Program-made: the position numbers and the translations under genes
Notes under the pieces: model-generated
The model's database searches: none
Told to the model about the DNA's origin: nothing
Seen by the model: the letters and a program-made list of their open reading frames with translations, nothing else
NCBI GenBank assembly: GCA_046727255.1
Contig: JBKPCG010000034.1
Location: 6,465-70,464, forward strand
From: Acidobacteriota bacterium
GTDB taxonomy: Bacteria > Acidobacteriota > Terriglobia > Terriglobales > Acidobacteriaceae
Direction of reading: 5' to 3'
DNA length: 64,000 bases
In this document: positions 36,693 through 46,709 of the stretch, in pieces
Layout of the letters: the number at the start of each line of letters is the position of its first letter
How positions within the stretch are numbered: position 1 is the first letter of the stretch

Positions 36693-37830
36693 TCAAGTCT
36701 TTCCGATGATTCGGGTTCTCGAGCCCAGAACCGCTGCCGCCAAATCTCTTTCCAACATGATGGACCAGGCGACCGTCACCAGTAACAGTCCCCAAGAGAA
36801 AAATAAGGACGCCTCGAACGATTTCACTCCAAAGCGCAACAAAAACAGCCACAGTACGGTCAGGAAAATCCCGATGTAGAAAGAATTTCGGCGAACTCGT
36901 TCTGACCAGGGCACCGATGTTGTACACGCTGATTGGAAGATCAATGCGAATGGGAATGCGACGATCAGGTCTGCAAGGTAGTGCTCCCCTAACGCCAACG
37001 TCGCGAAGACGGTGGCCGGCACAAACAGCCCAACCAGTAGTCTTCCCCACCGCGGCCAATGGCGGGAGTTCCACCAAACCAGCAGAGCAGCTCCCAGGCG
37101 GATGGAAGGCATGCAGTTGCGCGGACTGTCGGGAACCGCCATCGGCTCCAGGATGATCTCGGCCAAGGACGGTGGCGCCTGGGGGTACATTCCAGCGAAC
37201 GCATAGCGCGGACCCACCGCGGGGTACACACTGTAGTACTGCGCGAAGCCCAGAATTGTTAGGGTGAGGAATAGAACCAGGATGGCAACAGGCTTTTTGG
37301 TTCGCATGCGGTCCGATGCATAGAGGATGCAAACGGTGAGTGGCAAAGCGTAGTACACAATCTTGGTCAGATTCCGGGCTGTTGGGTTTTGAAGTAGGAA
37401 TTGACCCAGCATGAAACTCGGTTGAAATCCCAAGCTACCGTCAAACGCTAGCAGAAAAGCATCGTAGGTCTTGTGACGAAGCCATATGTTGAGCGGGGAC
37501 CGAATAGCCCTCCACCAAAGCCAGCATGGGACAGACGGCTCCCGAATAAAAAGTTCGGAGATATGATTTCTTTGCGGCCCCATGCGACCAGACGACTTGA
37601 CCCGCGAGAACGATACGGACGCCGATTCCCAGAAACGTCCCCCAACTGATCCAACGGACGCCGTAGTAGTCCCCCACGCTCCCATTCAACCTTATGCACA
37701 AGGTGCGCAGGCAGCCGGCGAGGATCAGAATCGGGATTAACGTCCAGCGAGGTGGACGAGTCCACATGTTTATGAAAAACGTCCCCAGCAGAGTAAAGGC
37801 TAACGTCGGATACAACTCGAAAGGATGCAT
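36693..37830 (-). pseudogene. PAP2_3-like (phosphatase / sphingolipid-synthase-type) membrane protein, apparently split by a frameshift near 37560-37590
   Basis: ORF 37441..37830 encodes three TM-like helices (MHPFELYPTLAFTLLGTFFINMW...). From about 37580 it loses protein character, while ORF 36693..37685 gains it (...PCWLWWRAIRSPLNIW... to ...LGEHYLADLIVAFP, a PAP2 C3-like H...D). The junction is at an A-rich run. Confidence 0.45.
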
Positions 37831-37910
37831 ACTCTTCGTCAGTCAAAAACGAGTTTGTTCGAGCAGCAGGAATTCGGTTCAGCTGATCGAAAATCAGGCA
37901 ATCATTCCAA

Positions 37911-38861
37911 TCACTCCATCGGCTCGAGGATGAGTTCTTCGCGGCTGGTCGCGTCCGGCCACTGAATCAGCACTATCGCAACCAGTACGACGACTATGCC
38001 CAGGGTTTGCACTGGCCGCAAAAGTTCTCCCAGCGCGATGGCGGCAATCACGATGCTGAACACCGGCTCCAGGCAACTGGCCACAACCGCGCGCGTGGGT
38101 TCCAGATGTTGCAGGCCCGCAAAGTAGCAAGAGAATGGACCCAGCACCGAAACCAGTGAAAAGATCAGCATGAATCCCCACTGCTCGCGACTGTAGTGGG
38201 CGGCCACGATCTTCCACGGAGGATTAACAAACATCCAGAACGTCGCCGCCGATGCCAGCACCCACAGCAGCACTTTCCAGCGATCGTAGCGCGCGAGCAC
38301 GCGGTGTCCGCCGATGTTGTAGAACGCAAATGAAAATGCCGCCAGCAGAGCGGCGCTCACGCCCACGGGATCCAAACCCAGTCCGCCCGAACCGACGAAA
38401 CCTACTGCCAGCGCGCATCCTACGACCGCCAGTCCGACGGCGGCGCTGCGACGCAATGAAGGCCGCTGGCCTCCGCGCAGGACTGAGTACAACAGCACCC
38501 AGACCGGCGCCGTGTACTGCAGGATAATCGCGGTTGCGACATTCGTCCGTTGAATCGCGAGGTAGTAGAGGAAGTTGGAGGCGGCCACTCCCAGCACGCC
38601 GATCAGCAGGAAACGTACCAGATCGCGTCCCGGTACTCGCAGCGCTGGCGCTCCCCGCCGGATCAAAAGCACTGGCAGCAGAACCAGAAGCGAGAGCGTG
38701 GTCCGGCTTTGCGAGAGGATCAGGGGATCAATCGCCGCCAGCGTTATGCCGGGAAGCCGTCCCGTAAAAGCGGCGCGGCCGAGGGTGGCTGCGACCCCCC
38801 AGAACAGAGCAGCGCTCCCGATGTAGAGATAACCCCGCAGCCGATGCGCGCCAGCTGTCAC
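37911..38861 (-). CDS. EamA/DMT-family transporter
   Basis: 10-TM duplicated EamA pattern. I picked the GTG at 38861, which overlaps the osmC-family stop (GTGA). The track ORF start at 38924 would overlap that gene by 67 nt. Confidence 0.8.
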   Translation of the reverse strand: MTAGAHRLRGYLYIGSAALFWGVAATLGRAAFTGRLPGITLAAIDPLILSQSRTTLSLLVLLPVLLIRRGAPALRVPGRDLVRFLLIGVLGVAASNFLYYLAIQRTNVATAIILQYTAPVWVLLYSVLRGGQRPSLRRSAAVGLAVVGCALAVGFVGSGGLGLDPVGVSAALLAAFSFAFYNIGGHRVLARYDRWKVLLWVLASAATFWMFVNPPWKIVAAHYSREQWGFMLIFSLVSVLGPFSCYFAGLQHLEPTRAVVASCLEPVFSIVIAAIALGELLRPVQTLGIVVVLVAIVLIQWPDATSREELILEPME

Positions 38862-39259
38862 GCCGTGTGCTCGATGGTGTAGGTGATCGTTGCAGTCTTC
38901 CCGAGCATCGCAGAAACGGAACAATACTTTTCTTTCGAAAGATGCACGGCGTCTTCCATCGCCTTCTTTGATACCTGGCCGCGGACAATGTAGGTGAGGT
39001 GGATCTCCGTGTAGACTGCTGGATAGCCGGTGGCCCGTTCGCCCTTAGCGCGTACTTCGAGGGCAGTGAAGGGCTCACGCTTCTTGCGAAGGATTCCGAT
39101 AACGTCGGACGCGGTGCAGCCACAAAGCGCGATGAGCACGAGTTCCATCGGGCTGTTGGCGGTTTTCTCTTTGCCGGCATCCACAACGATCGCGTGGCCG
39201 GAGCTGGCTTGGCCGATGAATCGATCCTGGTCTGACCAATTTAATGATGCTTCGATCAT
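38858..39259 (-). CDS. OsmC/Ohr-family peroxiredoxin-like protein
   Basis: 133 aa with the conserved pair of Cys motifs (ALCGCTASD... and ...KYCSVSAML). Confidence 0.88.
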   Translation of the reverse strand: MIEASLNWSDQDRFIGQASSGHAIVVDAGKEKTANSPMELVLIALCGCTASDVIGILRKKREPFTALEVRAKGERATGYPAVYTEIHLTYIVRGQVSKKAMEDAVHLSKEKYCSVSAMLGKTATITYTIEHTA

Positions 39260-39335
39260 TTCGCCTCTTCTCCGGATTGTCAGCAGACGGCACCAGTGCC
39301 GTCCTTTGCGGCTGGAGCGCAGCAGAACTGCCTCC

Positions 39336-40766
39336 TTACCGCCGGTTGTCTGTCATCGGTTCGGGATGAATCAGCACGCGGAACAACTCCGGCGCTTCCT
39401 GCTTAAACCGTATTTCGAGCGCGGTCTGCACATCGTGCACGCGCGAGAGCGGCATTTCATCGGGCAGCGTGCAGTGGCAAGAAACGTACAACCGGTCGCG
39501 AATCTTCTTGAATTGAAATTCATGTATATCAATCACTTCCGGGAACTCTCTGACAATTTTCTTTAAATGTCTTTCGAGTCGAGGCTCCTGCACGATCTGC
39601 TCTCCCCTCTCAATGGTCGCAGGCTCGCTTTCGATGTGCGTCAGGATGGTCGAAATCTCGGGCACCTCGTTGCGCATTTCAGTTTCGAGACGGGTAACCT
39701 CATCGTGCGCCTGCTTCATGCTGAGCTGCTCGTCGAGTTCCAGATGCTGCTCCACGTGAAGCTTGCCATTCAGGTCCTGCACGCTGACGTCATGGACGTT
39801 TAGATTGTTCCGCGTCGCCACGGCCCGAACGCGGTCGAAGATATTTTCCGAGCGGCGCGCGCGCGGAACCGAGTGCACCATGACGTCGGCATTGGGTAGA
39901 ACCTGGTGAACCTGTGCCGTCACCTCATCCGCAATCTGCTCGGAGCGCTGGAAGGTGAAGTTGCGGGAGAGTCCCACTGAGACATCGGCGAAGTAGCGGT
40001 TCCCCGCTTTGCGGATGCGCGCGCGGCCCACTTCAAGCACGCCGTCGACGTTACGAATCCTTTCCAGGATCTGGTTGCGCACACCGGGAGGAGCAGCGTC
40101 CAGCAGAGCATCAACCGTTCTCCGCGCCAGCCGCCAACTGACAGAGACCACCACGCCGGCAACGAATAGGGCCGCAATCGGATCGGCTTTGCTGAGCCAG
40201 GTGACGTGGTAGCTCCGCCCCAACTGCACCAGGGCTAGACCCAGTATCACAACGGAACTTGACCAAATGTCGGTCGAAAAGTGCAGCGCATCGGCTTCCA
40301 GAGCCTGGCTGTCGTACTTCGTGGCAATGCGCCCCAGCGCGCGGGATCGCCAGGCATCCACCAGGATGGAAAGAAGCATCACGACAAAAGCCGCGGCGCT
40401 CGGCTCGATTTCCACGCTGTGAAAGAAGAGCCGCTTCACGGCCTCGGAGATGATCCAGATGCAGGTCAGCAGCAGCAAGCCGGTCTCGATGAAAGCCGAG
40501 AAATTCTCGACTTTGCCGTGCCCGTACTGGTGATCGGCGTCGGCCGGCTTGTCGGAGACACGGACGGAAAAAAACGTCACCAGGGCCGCGATCAGGTCCA
40601 GTCCGGAGTGAGCCGCCTCGGAGAGAATTCCCAGCGAGCCGGTCGTAAATCCCACCACGATTTTCAGGGCGGTAATCGCGAAGGCCGCTAAAACAGAATT
40701 CCCGGCGACCGCGCGTTTCTCCGCGCGCATCGACTCGGGGCTGAAGGCGGTCTGCATTTCCGGCAT
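39336..40766 (-). CDS. Cation diffusion facilitator (CDF) transporter with two tandem C-terminal cytoplasmic domains
   Basis: AAHSGLDLIAALVTF...HQYGHGKVENF is the CDF TMD signature. Two ZT_dimer-like segments follow (…VHDVSVQDLNGKLHVEQHLEL… and …IHEFQFKKIRDRLYVSCHCTL…). Confidence 0.85.
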   Translation of the reverse strand: MPEMQTAFSPESMRAEKRAVAGNSVLAAFAITALKIVVGFTTGSLGILSEAAHSGLDLIAALVTFFSVRVSDKPADADHQYGHGKVENFSAFIETGLLLLTCIWIISEAVKRLFFHSVEIEPSAAAFVVMLLSILVDAWRSRALGRIATKYDSQALEADALHFSTDIWSSSVVILGLALVQLGRSYHVTWLSKADPIAALFVAGVVVSVSWRLARRTVDALLDAAPPGVRNQILERIRNVDGVLEVGRARIRKAGNRYFADVSVGLSRNFTFQRSEQIADEVTAQVHQVLPNADVMVHSVPRARRSENIFDRVRAVATRNNLNVHDVSVQDLNGKLHVEQHLELDEQLSMKQAHDEVTRLETEMRNEVPEISTILTHIESEPATIERGEQIVQEPRLERHLKKIVREFPEVIDIHEFQFKKIRDRLYVSCHCTLPDEMPLSRVHDVQTALEIRFKQEAPELFRVLIHPEPMTDNRR

Positions 40767-40878
40767 ACCGCATTATCGCTTCCGATTCGAGTACCGCCAA
40801 CCCCCGGTAACTGCCTATCTGGGCCGCGGCATGCTAGGATGACACTTCGCGGTAATTCCCTTCTGGAGGACTATTTTC

Positions 40879-41952
40879 ATGCGCAATCGGTGGCTCGTGT
40901 GTCTCTTGGTCGGAGGCCTCGCTTATGGACAAGCGGCTAAACCGGCACCACCACCCAATCCACATCCTGCGGCCGCGCCGAAGGCGGAGCCGAAAGCAGA
41001 TGCCGATGAGAAGCCGACTGAAACCAAAGTCAGCCCCAGCGATCCTGTCATCACCGTGAAGGGCGCGTGTACCGATCCTGCAAAGAAAGGGGAGACGTGC
41101 GAGACGGTGGTCACGCGCGAGCAATTCGAAAAGCTCGCCGAAGCCTTGCAGCCGAACATGGCGGCCCCCATCAAGCTCCGACTGGCTAATGCTTACTCCC
41201 GGCTGATCGGGATGAGCAAGGAAGCGGAGAAGCGCGGGCTCGACAAGCAGCCCAAATTCGAAGCCAACATGGGCTTCGCGCGCATGCAGATCCTTTCCCA
41301 GCAGTTGACCAGCAGCTTGCAGGAAGAATCGCAGAAAGTCTCCGACGCCGACATCGAGAAGTACTACAAGGACAAGATCGACACTTACCAGGAAGCAACC
41401 CTGCAACGGATTTTCATCCCGCGCACACAACAGGTTACGCCACCCAAGGTCGCCGCAGCCGTCAAGAAGGATAAAGCAACCGAACAGAAGGAAGCCGAAG
41501 CCCGCGAAAAGGCCGGCGAAGCGGCCATGACCAAGACTGCTGCCGCTCTGCGGGTTCGTGCCGCCAAAGGCGAAAGCTTCGACACGCTGGAGAAAGAAGC
41601 CTATTTGGCCGCTGGCCTGACAGGAAATCCGCCATCGACCAAGATGGACAAGGTTCGGCCTACGACTCTGCCTCCCGCGCACCATGCCGCTTTGCAACTG
41701 AAACCCGGAGAGGTAACGGAAGTGATCTCCGATGCCACCGGGCACTACATCTACAAACTGGTGAGCAAGCAGTCACTGCCGCTGGATACTGTCAAACCGG
41801 AAATCAAGAATTGGATTGCCACGCAGCGCTTTCGCGATGCCATGCAGGAATTTCAGGGCACCTCACAGCTGAACGACGCCTACTTCGGGATCAAGCCCAA
41901 GCCTCCGGCGCAGCCCGGGCAACCCGAGCCGGGCGATGTCGACCCCGACTAA
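40879..41952 (+). CDS. Secreted parvulin-type peptidyl-prolyl isomerase (SurA/PpiD-like)
   Basis: Signal peptide MRNRWLVCLLVGGLAYGQ. It has a SurA-N-like region and a parvulin segment (…GEVTEVISDATGHYIYKL…). Confidence 0.75.
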   Translation: MRNRWLVCLLVGGLAYGQAAKPAPPPNPHPAAAPKAEPKADADEKPTETKVSPSDPVITVKGACTDPAKKGETCETVVTREQFEKLAEALQPNMAAPIKLRLANAYSRLIGMSKEAEKRGLDKQPKFEANMGFARMQILSQQLTSSLQEESQKVSDADIEKYYKDKIDTYQEATLQRIFIPRTQQVTPPKVAAAVKKDKATEQKEAEAREKAGEAAMTKTAAALRVRAAKGESFDTLEKEAYLAAGLTGNPPSTKMDKVRPTTLPPAHHAALQLKPGEVTEVISDATGHYIYKLVSKQSLPLDTVKPEIKNWIATQRFRDAMQEFQGTSQLNDAYFGIKPKPPAQPGQPEPGDVDPD

Positions 41953-43008
41953 ATGGAAACGGCGAAACCAACCGTCATTGTGACGGGCATTTCGGGCAAT
42001 CTCGGGCAGCGTCTCGTGCCGTTGCTCTCCGATTACACGGTGGTGGGGATTGATGTCTCGCCTCCCGCCGTCCCGATTCAGCGCTTCGTGCCGCTCGACC
42101 TGGGAAAGGAAGAGTCCACTCGCGAGTTGTTTCTCTTGATGCGCGAGCTGCAGCCAGCGTCGGTGGTGCACCTGGCGTTCGTCATCGATCCCCAACGCTC
42201 CGGCGTTCTCGATGTGGATCGGATGTGGCAGATTAACGTCGCCGGGACCGCCCGTGTAATGGAAGCCGTTACCGAAGCCAACCGCAGCGCCGGCGCCCAC
42301 ATTCGCCAGTTCATTTTCCCCAGCAGTGTGTCGGCATACGGTTCTGACACGCCTCAAGCCGTTACCGAAGACGCTCCACTCGAAGCCCACACGCTGCCCT
42401 ACGCGATCCACAAGAAAGAAAGCGACCTGGTGGTGCAGCAGCGGGCCCCGGCACTGCGGGGCTGCAGCGTGTTTATTTTGCGGCCCCATATTTTTGCCGG
42501 AGCCACCGTCGAGAACTATCTGATGGGAGCGTTCCGGGGAACGCCCAATGGCAAAAGCAAGCGCGCGGCCCGCATGCGCCAGCGGGGCAAACGCCTGCCC
42601 TACATGCTCCCCTTTGGGAAAACGTATCTCGACAACCAGATTCAATTCGTCCACGTGGACGACATGGCGCGACTCATCACCTGGCTCTTGCAGCGTGAGC
42701 CCGAAGCGCGACGCTTGACAACTTTGAATGTCGCTGGACGTGGCGAACCTTTGACCTTAGAGCAGTGTATCCGCATAGCCCAGGCGAAGTTGCTGCGCGT
42801 CCCAGGAAAGTGGGGCATGCGCCAGGTGCTGCGATGGTTGTGGCGTTTGAAACTTTCAGCCATCCCCCCGGATGCGGTCCCCTACATGACCGGGCAGTAC
42901 ATCATGAACACCGACCGATTGAAGAAATTCCTGGGGCCGGATTACGAGCAGGTGATCCGCTACACGATTGCCGACGCCTTTGCGGATTCATTCCGGAAAA
43001 ACGCCTGA
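41953..43008 (+). CDS. NAD-dependent epimerase/dehydratase (extended SDR)
   Basis: The VTGISGNLG Rossmann motif and YAIHK (YxxxK). Confidence 0.85.
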   Translation: METAKPTVIVTGISGNLGQRLVPLLSDYTVVGIDVSPPAVPIQRFVPLDLGKEESTRELFLLMRELQPASVVHLAFVIDPQRSGVLDVDRMWQINVAGTARVMEAVTEANRSAGAHIRQFIFPSSVSAYGSDTPQAVTEDAPLEAHTLPYAIHKKESDLVVQQRAPALRGCSVFILRPHIFAGATVENYLMGAFRGTPNGKSKRAARMRQRGKRLPYMLPFGKTYLDNQIQFVHVDDMARLITWLLQREPEARRLTTLNVAGRGEPLTLEQCIRIAQAKLLRVPGKWGMRQVLRWLWRLKLSAIPPDAVPYMTGQYIMNTDRLKKFLGPDYEQVIRYTIADAFADSFRKNA

Positions 43009-43121
43009 CCGCAGAAATAGCTGGGCCCGCAGGGAAAAACAACATGCTGTTCCGCGATCCTGGTTCTGCCCCGCTTCTTCTCCGCGACCTCGGCGTACTC
43101 TGCGGTTAAACGATTTTGGTC

Positions 43122-43874
43122 TCACTTCACCCCGCGATACAGTCCCGCGACGCCAAATGTATAAGACGCCCACGACGCTTCGCGGAACCCTGCTTGACGC
43201 ATACGTTCCAGCATCTCGTCGGGCGGCGGAAAACGCTCGACCGATGCGGGCAGATACTTGTAGGGGCCCTGAACTCCGGAAATTACTGTCCCAAGCGCTG
43301 GCAGTACGCGCTTGAAATAGACACGATAGACTTTTCCGAGCAACCCGCGGGGCTCTCCAAAATCCAAGATCCCGCACTGGGCGCCCGGACGCAGGACCCG
43401 CACCATCTCGCGCAGGCCCGCATCGTAGTCGGCCAGATTGCGAAACCCGAATGCCGCCGTCACCAGGTCGAAATGAACGTCGGGAAACGGCAATCGCAAC
43501 GCGTCGGCCTCGATCCAGCGTAGCGTGGTCTCTCTTCCCTTTACCGCCGCCCGCTGCAGCATGGCGTGAGAGAAATCCGCGCCAATAATCTGCGGACTGC
43601 CGTTGTTGGCGCGCCGCCGCAAAGCAAAGGTCATGTCTCCGGTGCCGCAACACAAGTCGAGTACTCGCGCATCAGGACGCTTCACGATGGAATCAAATGT
43701 CCGTGCCGCCCGCCACCACCAGAACCGGTCAGTGTTAAACGAGAGAACGTGATTGACCAAGTCGTAGCGAGGCGCGATCGAGGTGAACATCTCCCGCACA
43801 GCCTTACCGGCGGACTCCCTGTCCCGGGCGCCCGCAGGAGATGCGCCGACGATCCTATTGATTTCCTGGGTCAT
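43122..43874 (-). CDS. ubiE: Demethylmenaquinone / ubiquinone C-methyltransferase
   Basis: FTSIAPRYDLVNHVLSF, VLDLCCGTGD. I picked the Met at 43874, which overlaps the aroB stop by 4 nt. The track ORF extends to 44156, inside aroB. Confidence 0.9.
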   Translation of the reverse strand: MTQEINRIVGASPAGARDRESAGKAVREMFTSIAPRYDLVNHVLSFNTDRFWWWRAARTFDSIVKRPDARVLDLCCGTGDMTFALRRRANNGSPQIIGADFSHAMLQRAAVKGRETTLRWIEADALRLPFPDVHFDLVTAAFGFRNLADYDAGLREMVRVLRPGAQCGILDFGEPRGLLGKVYRVYFKRVLPALGTVISGVQGPYKYLPASVERFPPPDEMLERMRQAGFREASWASYTFGVAGLYRGVK

Positions 43875-44965
43875 TTGCGTGACAGCTTCCGAATTCCTTC
43901 CACGGCGGCGCGAACAACTGGTGCGGGCACGTCGCTCACAATTTCCACGTTTCCGATCTTCCTCGGCAGGACAAAGTGCACCACTTCCTGCCGGGTCTTC
44001 TTGTCGGAGTGGAGGCGTTTCAAGACTCCCGCCGTCTGGAACTTCATCCGCGGGAGCCTGCCAAAACCGAGAATCGCAGCGCTGATGCGCTCCGCTCCCA
44101 CGCTGTCCAGCTTGCCGGTGGAAAGCGCCATTTGCGTTGCGGCAATCATCCCCCACGCCACGGCTTCTCCATGCAACAGCTGCGTGTAGCGAGTCTCGGC
44201 TTCGAGCGCGTGTCCGATAGTATGCCCCAGGTTGAGTACCTGACGCAGTCCGCCCTCGCGCTCATCCGCACTCACGACCCGCGCCTTAAGCCGCACCGAT
44301 TCAGCAATGACTTTTCCAACCACGCTCGGATCGCGATCCAGTATCTCGCGCCGCCGATCTTCGAAGAGCCGAAACAATCGGGCATTTCCGATGACTCCAC
44401 ACTTGAGCGCCTCATACAGCCCGGCGCGATACTCGCGCGACGGAAGAGTGGTGAGCACATTGGGATCGATCAGTACTACGCGCGGCTGATGGAATGTCCC
44501 GAGTAGATTCTTCCCCGACTGGAGGTTTACGCCGGTCTTGCCGCCAATCGCCGCGTCGACTTGCGCCAACACCGTGGTCGGAATCTGAATCACGTCCACA
44601 CCGCGCATATAGACGGATGCCAGAAACCCTGTGACATCGCACACCACTCCTCCACCCAGCGCGATCAGGGTGGCGCTGCGATCCGCGCCTAGTTTGACAA
44701 GACTCTCAGCCAATTTCTCGAGCGTCGCCAGGCGCTTGAAACGCTCGCCGTCAGCCATCTCCAGCGCGACCGCCCGCACGCCCGCCTCGGCCAGAGCCTG
44801 GAGAAGAACTTTCCCCCAGCGTCGGCGAACCGGCGGCACGGTGATCACAAACACCCGGCGACGTCCGACGAGTTTGCCCAAGTGCTCTCCCGCGCGCGCG
44901 AGCAGGCCGCTGCCGAGGAGCACCTGATAGGACCGCGAGGGCGTGCGTACGGGGATGCGAATCAT
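43871..44965 (-). CDS. aroB: 3-dehydroquinate synthase
   Basis: GGGVVCDVTGF, NLGHTIGHALE motifs. Confidence 0.93.
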   Translation of the reverse strand: MIRIPVRTPSRSYQVLLGSGLLARAGEHLGKLVGRRRVFVITVPPVRRRWGKVLLQALAEAGVRAVALEMADGERFKRLATLEKLAESLVKLGADRSATLIALGGGVVCDVTGFLASVYMRGVDVIQIPTTVLAQVDAAIGGKTGVNLQSGKNLLGTFHQPRVVLIDPNVLTTLPSREYRAGLYEALKCGVIGNARLFRLFEDRRREILDRDPSVVGKVIAESVRLKARVVSADEREGGLRQVLNLGHTIGHALEAETRYTQLLHGEAVAWGMIAATQMALSTGKLDSVGAERISAAILGFGRLPRMKFQTAGVLKRLHSDKKTRQEVVHFVLPRKIGNVEIVSDVPAPVVRAAVEGIRKLSRK

Positions 44966-45057
44966 GAAGTTTCATCATAGCGTATGGCTCTCGCCGTTCG
45001 GCAGGGCGCAGAGTTCGCAGAGGTTCGTGGCTTCTATCGCGTGGTACCATTTTTTCG

Positions 45058-46629
45058 GTGACGAAGCAGACTCCCACCGAATGCGATTTCCTGGTCGTCG
45101 GCGCCGGGGTCGCCGGGCTGCGGGCTGCGATTGAACTTGCAGACGCCGGCAGGGTGCTCGTGCTCGCCAAGCGTCAGGTGCGCGACTCCGCTACGCACTA
45201 CGCGCAGGGAGGAATCGCCGCCGCTCTCAGCGACGAGGACGAAGTGAGCCTGCACCTCCAGGACACACTTGTTGCCGGAGACGGCCTCTGCAATGTCGAA
45301 GCCGTCCGCGTGCTCGTCGAAGAAGGTCCGCCTCGCATTGAAGAACTGATCGAGTGGGGCACACAGTTCGATCGCAACGGAACCAAGCTTGCATTCACGC
45401 GCGAGGGCGCCCATAGCCGCAACCGGGTCCTCCACGCGCAGGGCGATTCGACCGGACAAGAAATCTTGCGCGCGCTCTACGCCAAAGCCAAGACACTCAA
45501 GAACATCTCGGTGCTGGAATTCGAGATGTCATCCGACCTGTTGCTCGAAGACGGCCGCGTGGTGGGCGTATCGGTGATCGGCGACGGGGGACAGCTCCAA
45601 CAGATCATCGCTTCCGCCGTGTTGCTCGCGACCGGCGGCCTCGGACAGCTCTATCGCAATACCACGAATCCCGAAGTCGCGACGGGGGACGGCGTCGCCA
45701 TGGCTTACTTAGCGGGAGCCGAAGTCAGCGACATGGAATTCATTCAATTCCACCCGACCGCGCTTTATCTGAAGAACGCCCCGCGTTTTCTGATTTCAGA
45801 AGCTTTGCGCGGGGAAGGCGCTTACCTCCGCAACATGGAGATGGATCGCTTCATGCACAAATACCACGCGCTCGGCGAATTGGCTCCGCGCGATGTAGTC
45901 GCCCGCGCCATCGTGCACGAACTTGAAATCACTCGCAGTCCCGAACCCATCGCTTACCTCGACCTCACCCATCTCAAGCCCGATCATGTGCAGCACCGCT
46001 TCCCGCGTATTTACTCCACATGCATGGAGTACAACATCGACATCACTACCGAGGTAATTCCGATCCGTCCCGCGGCCCACTATGCCATGGGCGGAGTGCG
46101 CAGCGATCTCTCCGGACAAACGAGTGTGCCGGGACTCTATGCGGCCGGCGAAGCCGGTGCCACCGGCGTTCATGGAGCGAATCGTCTGGCCAGCAATTCC
46201 CTGCTCGAAGGATTGGTGTATGGCGCGCGGGCAGGTCAGGCGATGCGAGGCAATCTTCGCCACGGCTCTCCCCGTTTAAACCCAAAGCGGGCGGCTTCAT
46301 CCAACGGGCCGGTGGATTCCGGTATTGAGGAATTGATCAGCCATGTTCGTGACGTGATGTGGAACAAAATCGGCATCGTCCGCGAAGGTTCCGGTCTGCG
46401 CCAAGCGTTCGAAACATTGCGGAGCCTCCAACCTCGAGTCGCGCATCCGGGGACACGCCGCGCCTTTGAGGCTCGCAACATTCTGACGTCAGGTCTGCTG
46501 GTGGCTCGGTCTGCGCTGGCCCGCGAGGAAAGCCGTGGAGCCCACTACCGCACCGACTACCCTTCCCACGACGACGCAAAGTTCTTGAAGCACTCCGTGA
46601 TGCTCGGCGAGAAGATTTCCTTTCAGTGA
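45058..46629 (+). CDS. nadB: L-aspartate oxidase
   Basis: DFLVVGAGVAGLRAA is a FAD motif. HYAMGG and ESRGAHYR motifs are also present. Confidence 0.93.
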   Translation: MTKQTPTECDFLVVGAGVAGLRAAIELADAGRVLVLAKRQVRDSATHYAQGGIAAALSDEDEVSLHLQDTLVAGDGLCNVEAVRVLVEEGPPRIEELIEWGTQFDRNGTKLAFTREGAHSRNRVLHAQGDSTGQEILRALYAKAKTLKNISVLEFEMSSDLLLEDGRVVGVSVIGDGGQLQQIIASAVLLATGGLGQLYRNTTNPEVATGDGVAMAYLAGAEVSDMEFIQFHPTALYLKNAPRFLISEALRGEGAYLRNMEMDRFMHKYHALGELAPRDVVARAIVHELEITRSPEPIAYLDLTHLKPDHVQHRFPRIYSTCMEYNIDITTEVIPIRPAAHYAMGGVRSDLSGQTSVPGLYAAGEAGATGVHGANRLASNSLLEGLVYGARAGQAMRGNLRHGSPRLNPKRAASSNGPVDSGIEELISHVRDVMWNKIGIVREGSGLRQAFETLRSLQPRVAHPGTRRAFEARNILTSGLLVARSALAREESRGAHYRTDYPSHDDAKFLKHSVMLGEKISFQ

Positions 46630-46709
46630 CTTTGAGCCAAGGCGCCGAAATGCTCTGAGTCCTCTGTGACCCCTGTGTCCCCTCTAGTGAAGAAGTTTGC
46701 CGACACCTT

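Noticed and set aside
36049-37332. 427-aa minus-strand ORF
   Set aside because: It is antisense to the MFS gene for its first part and out of frame with the PAP2-like gene for the rest. Its composition is Arg/Gly/Pro-rich.
40834-42654. 303-aa and 263-aa minus-strand ORFs
   Set aside because: They are antisense to the PPIase and epimerase genes.
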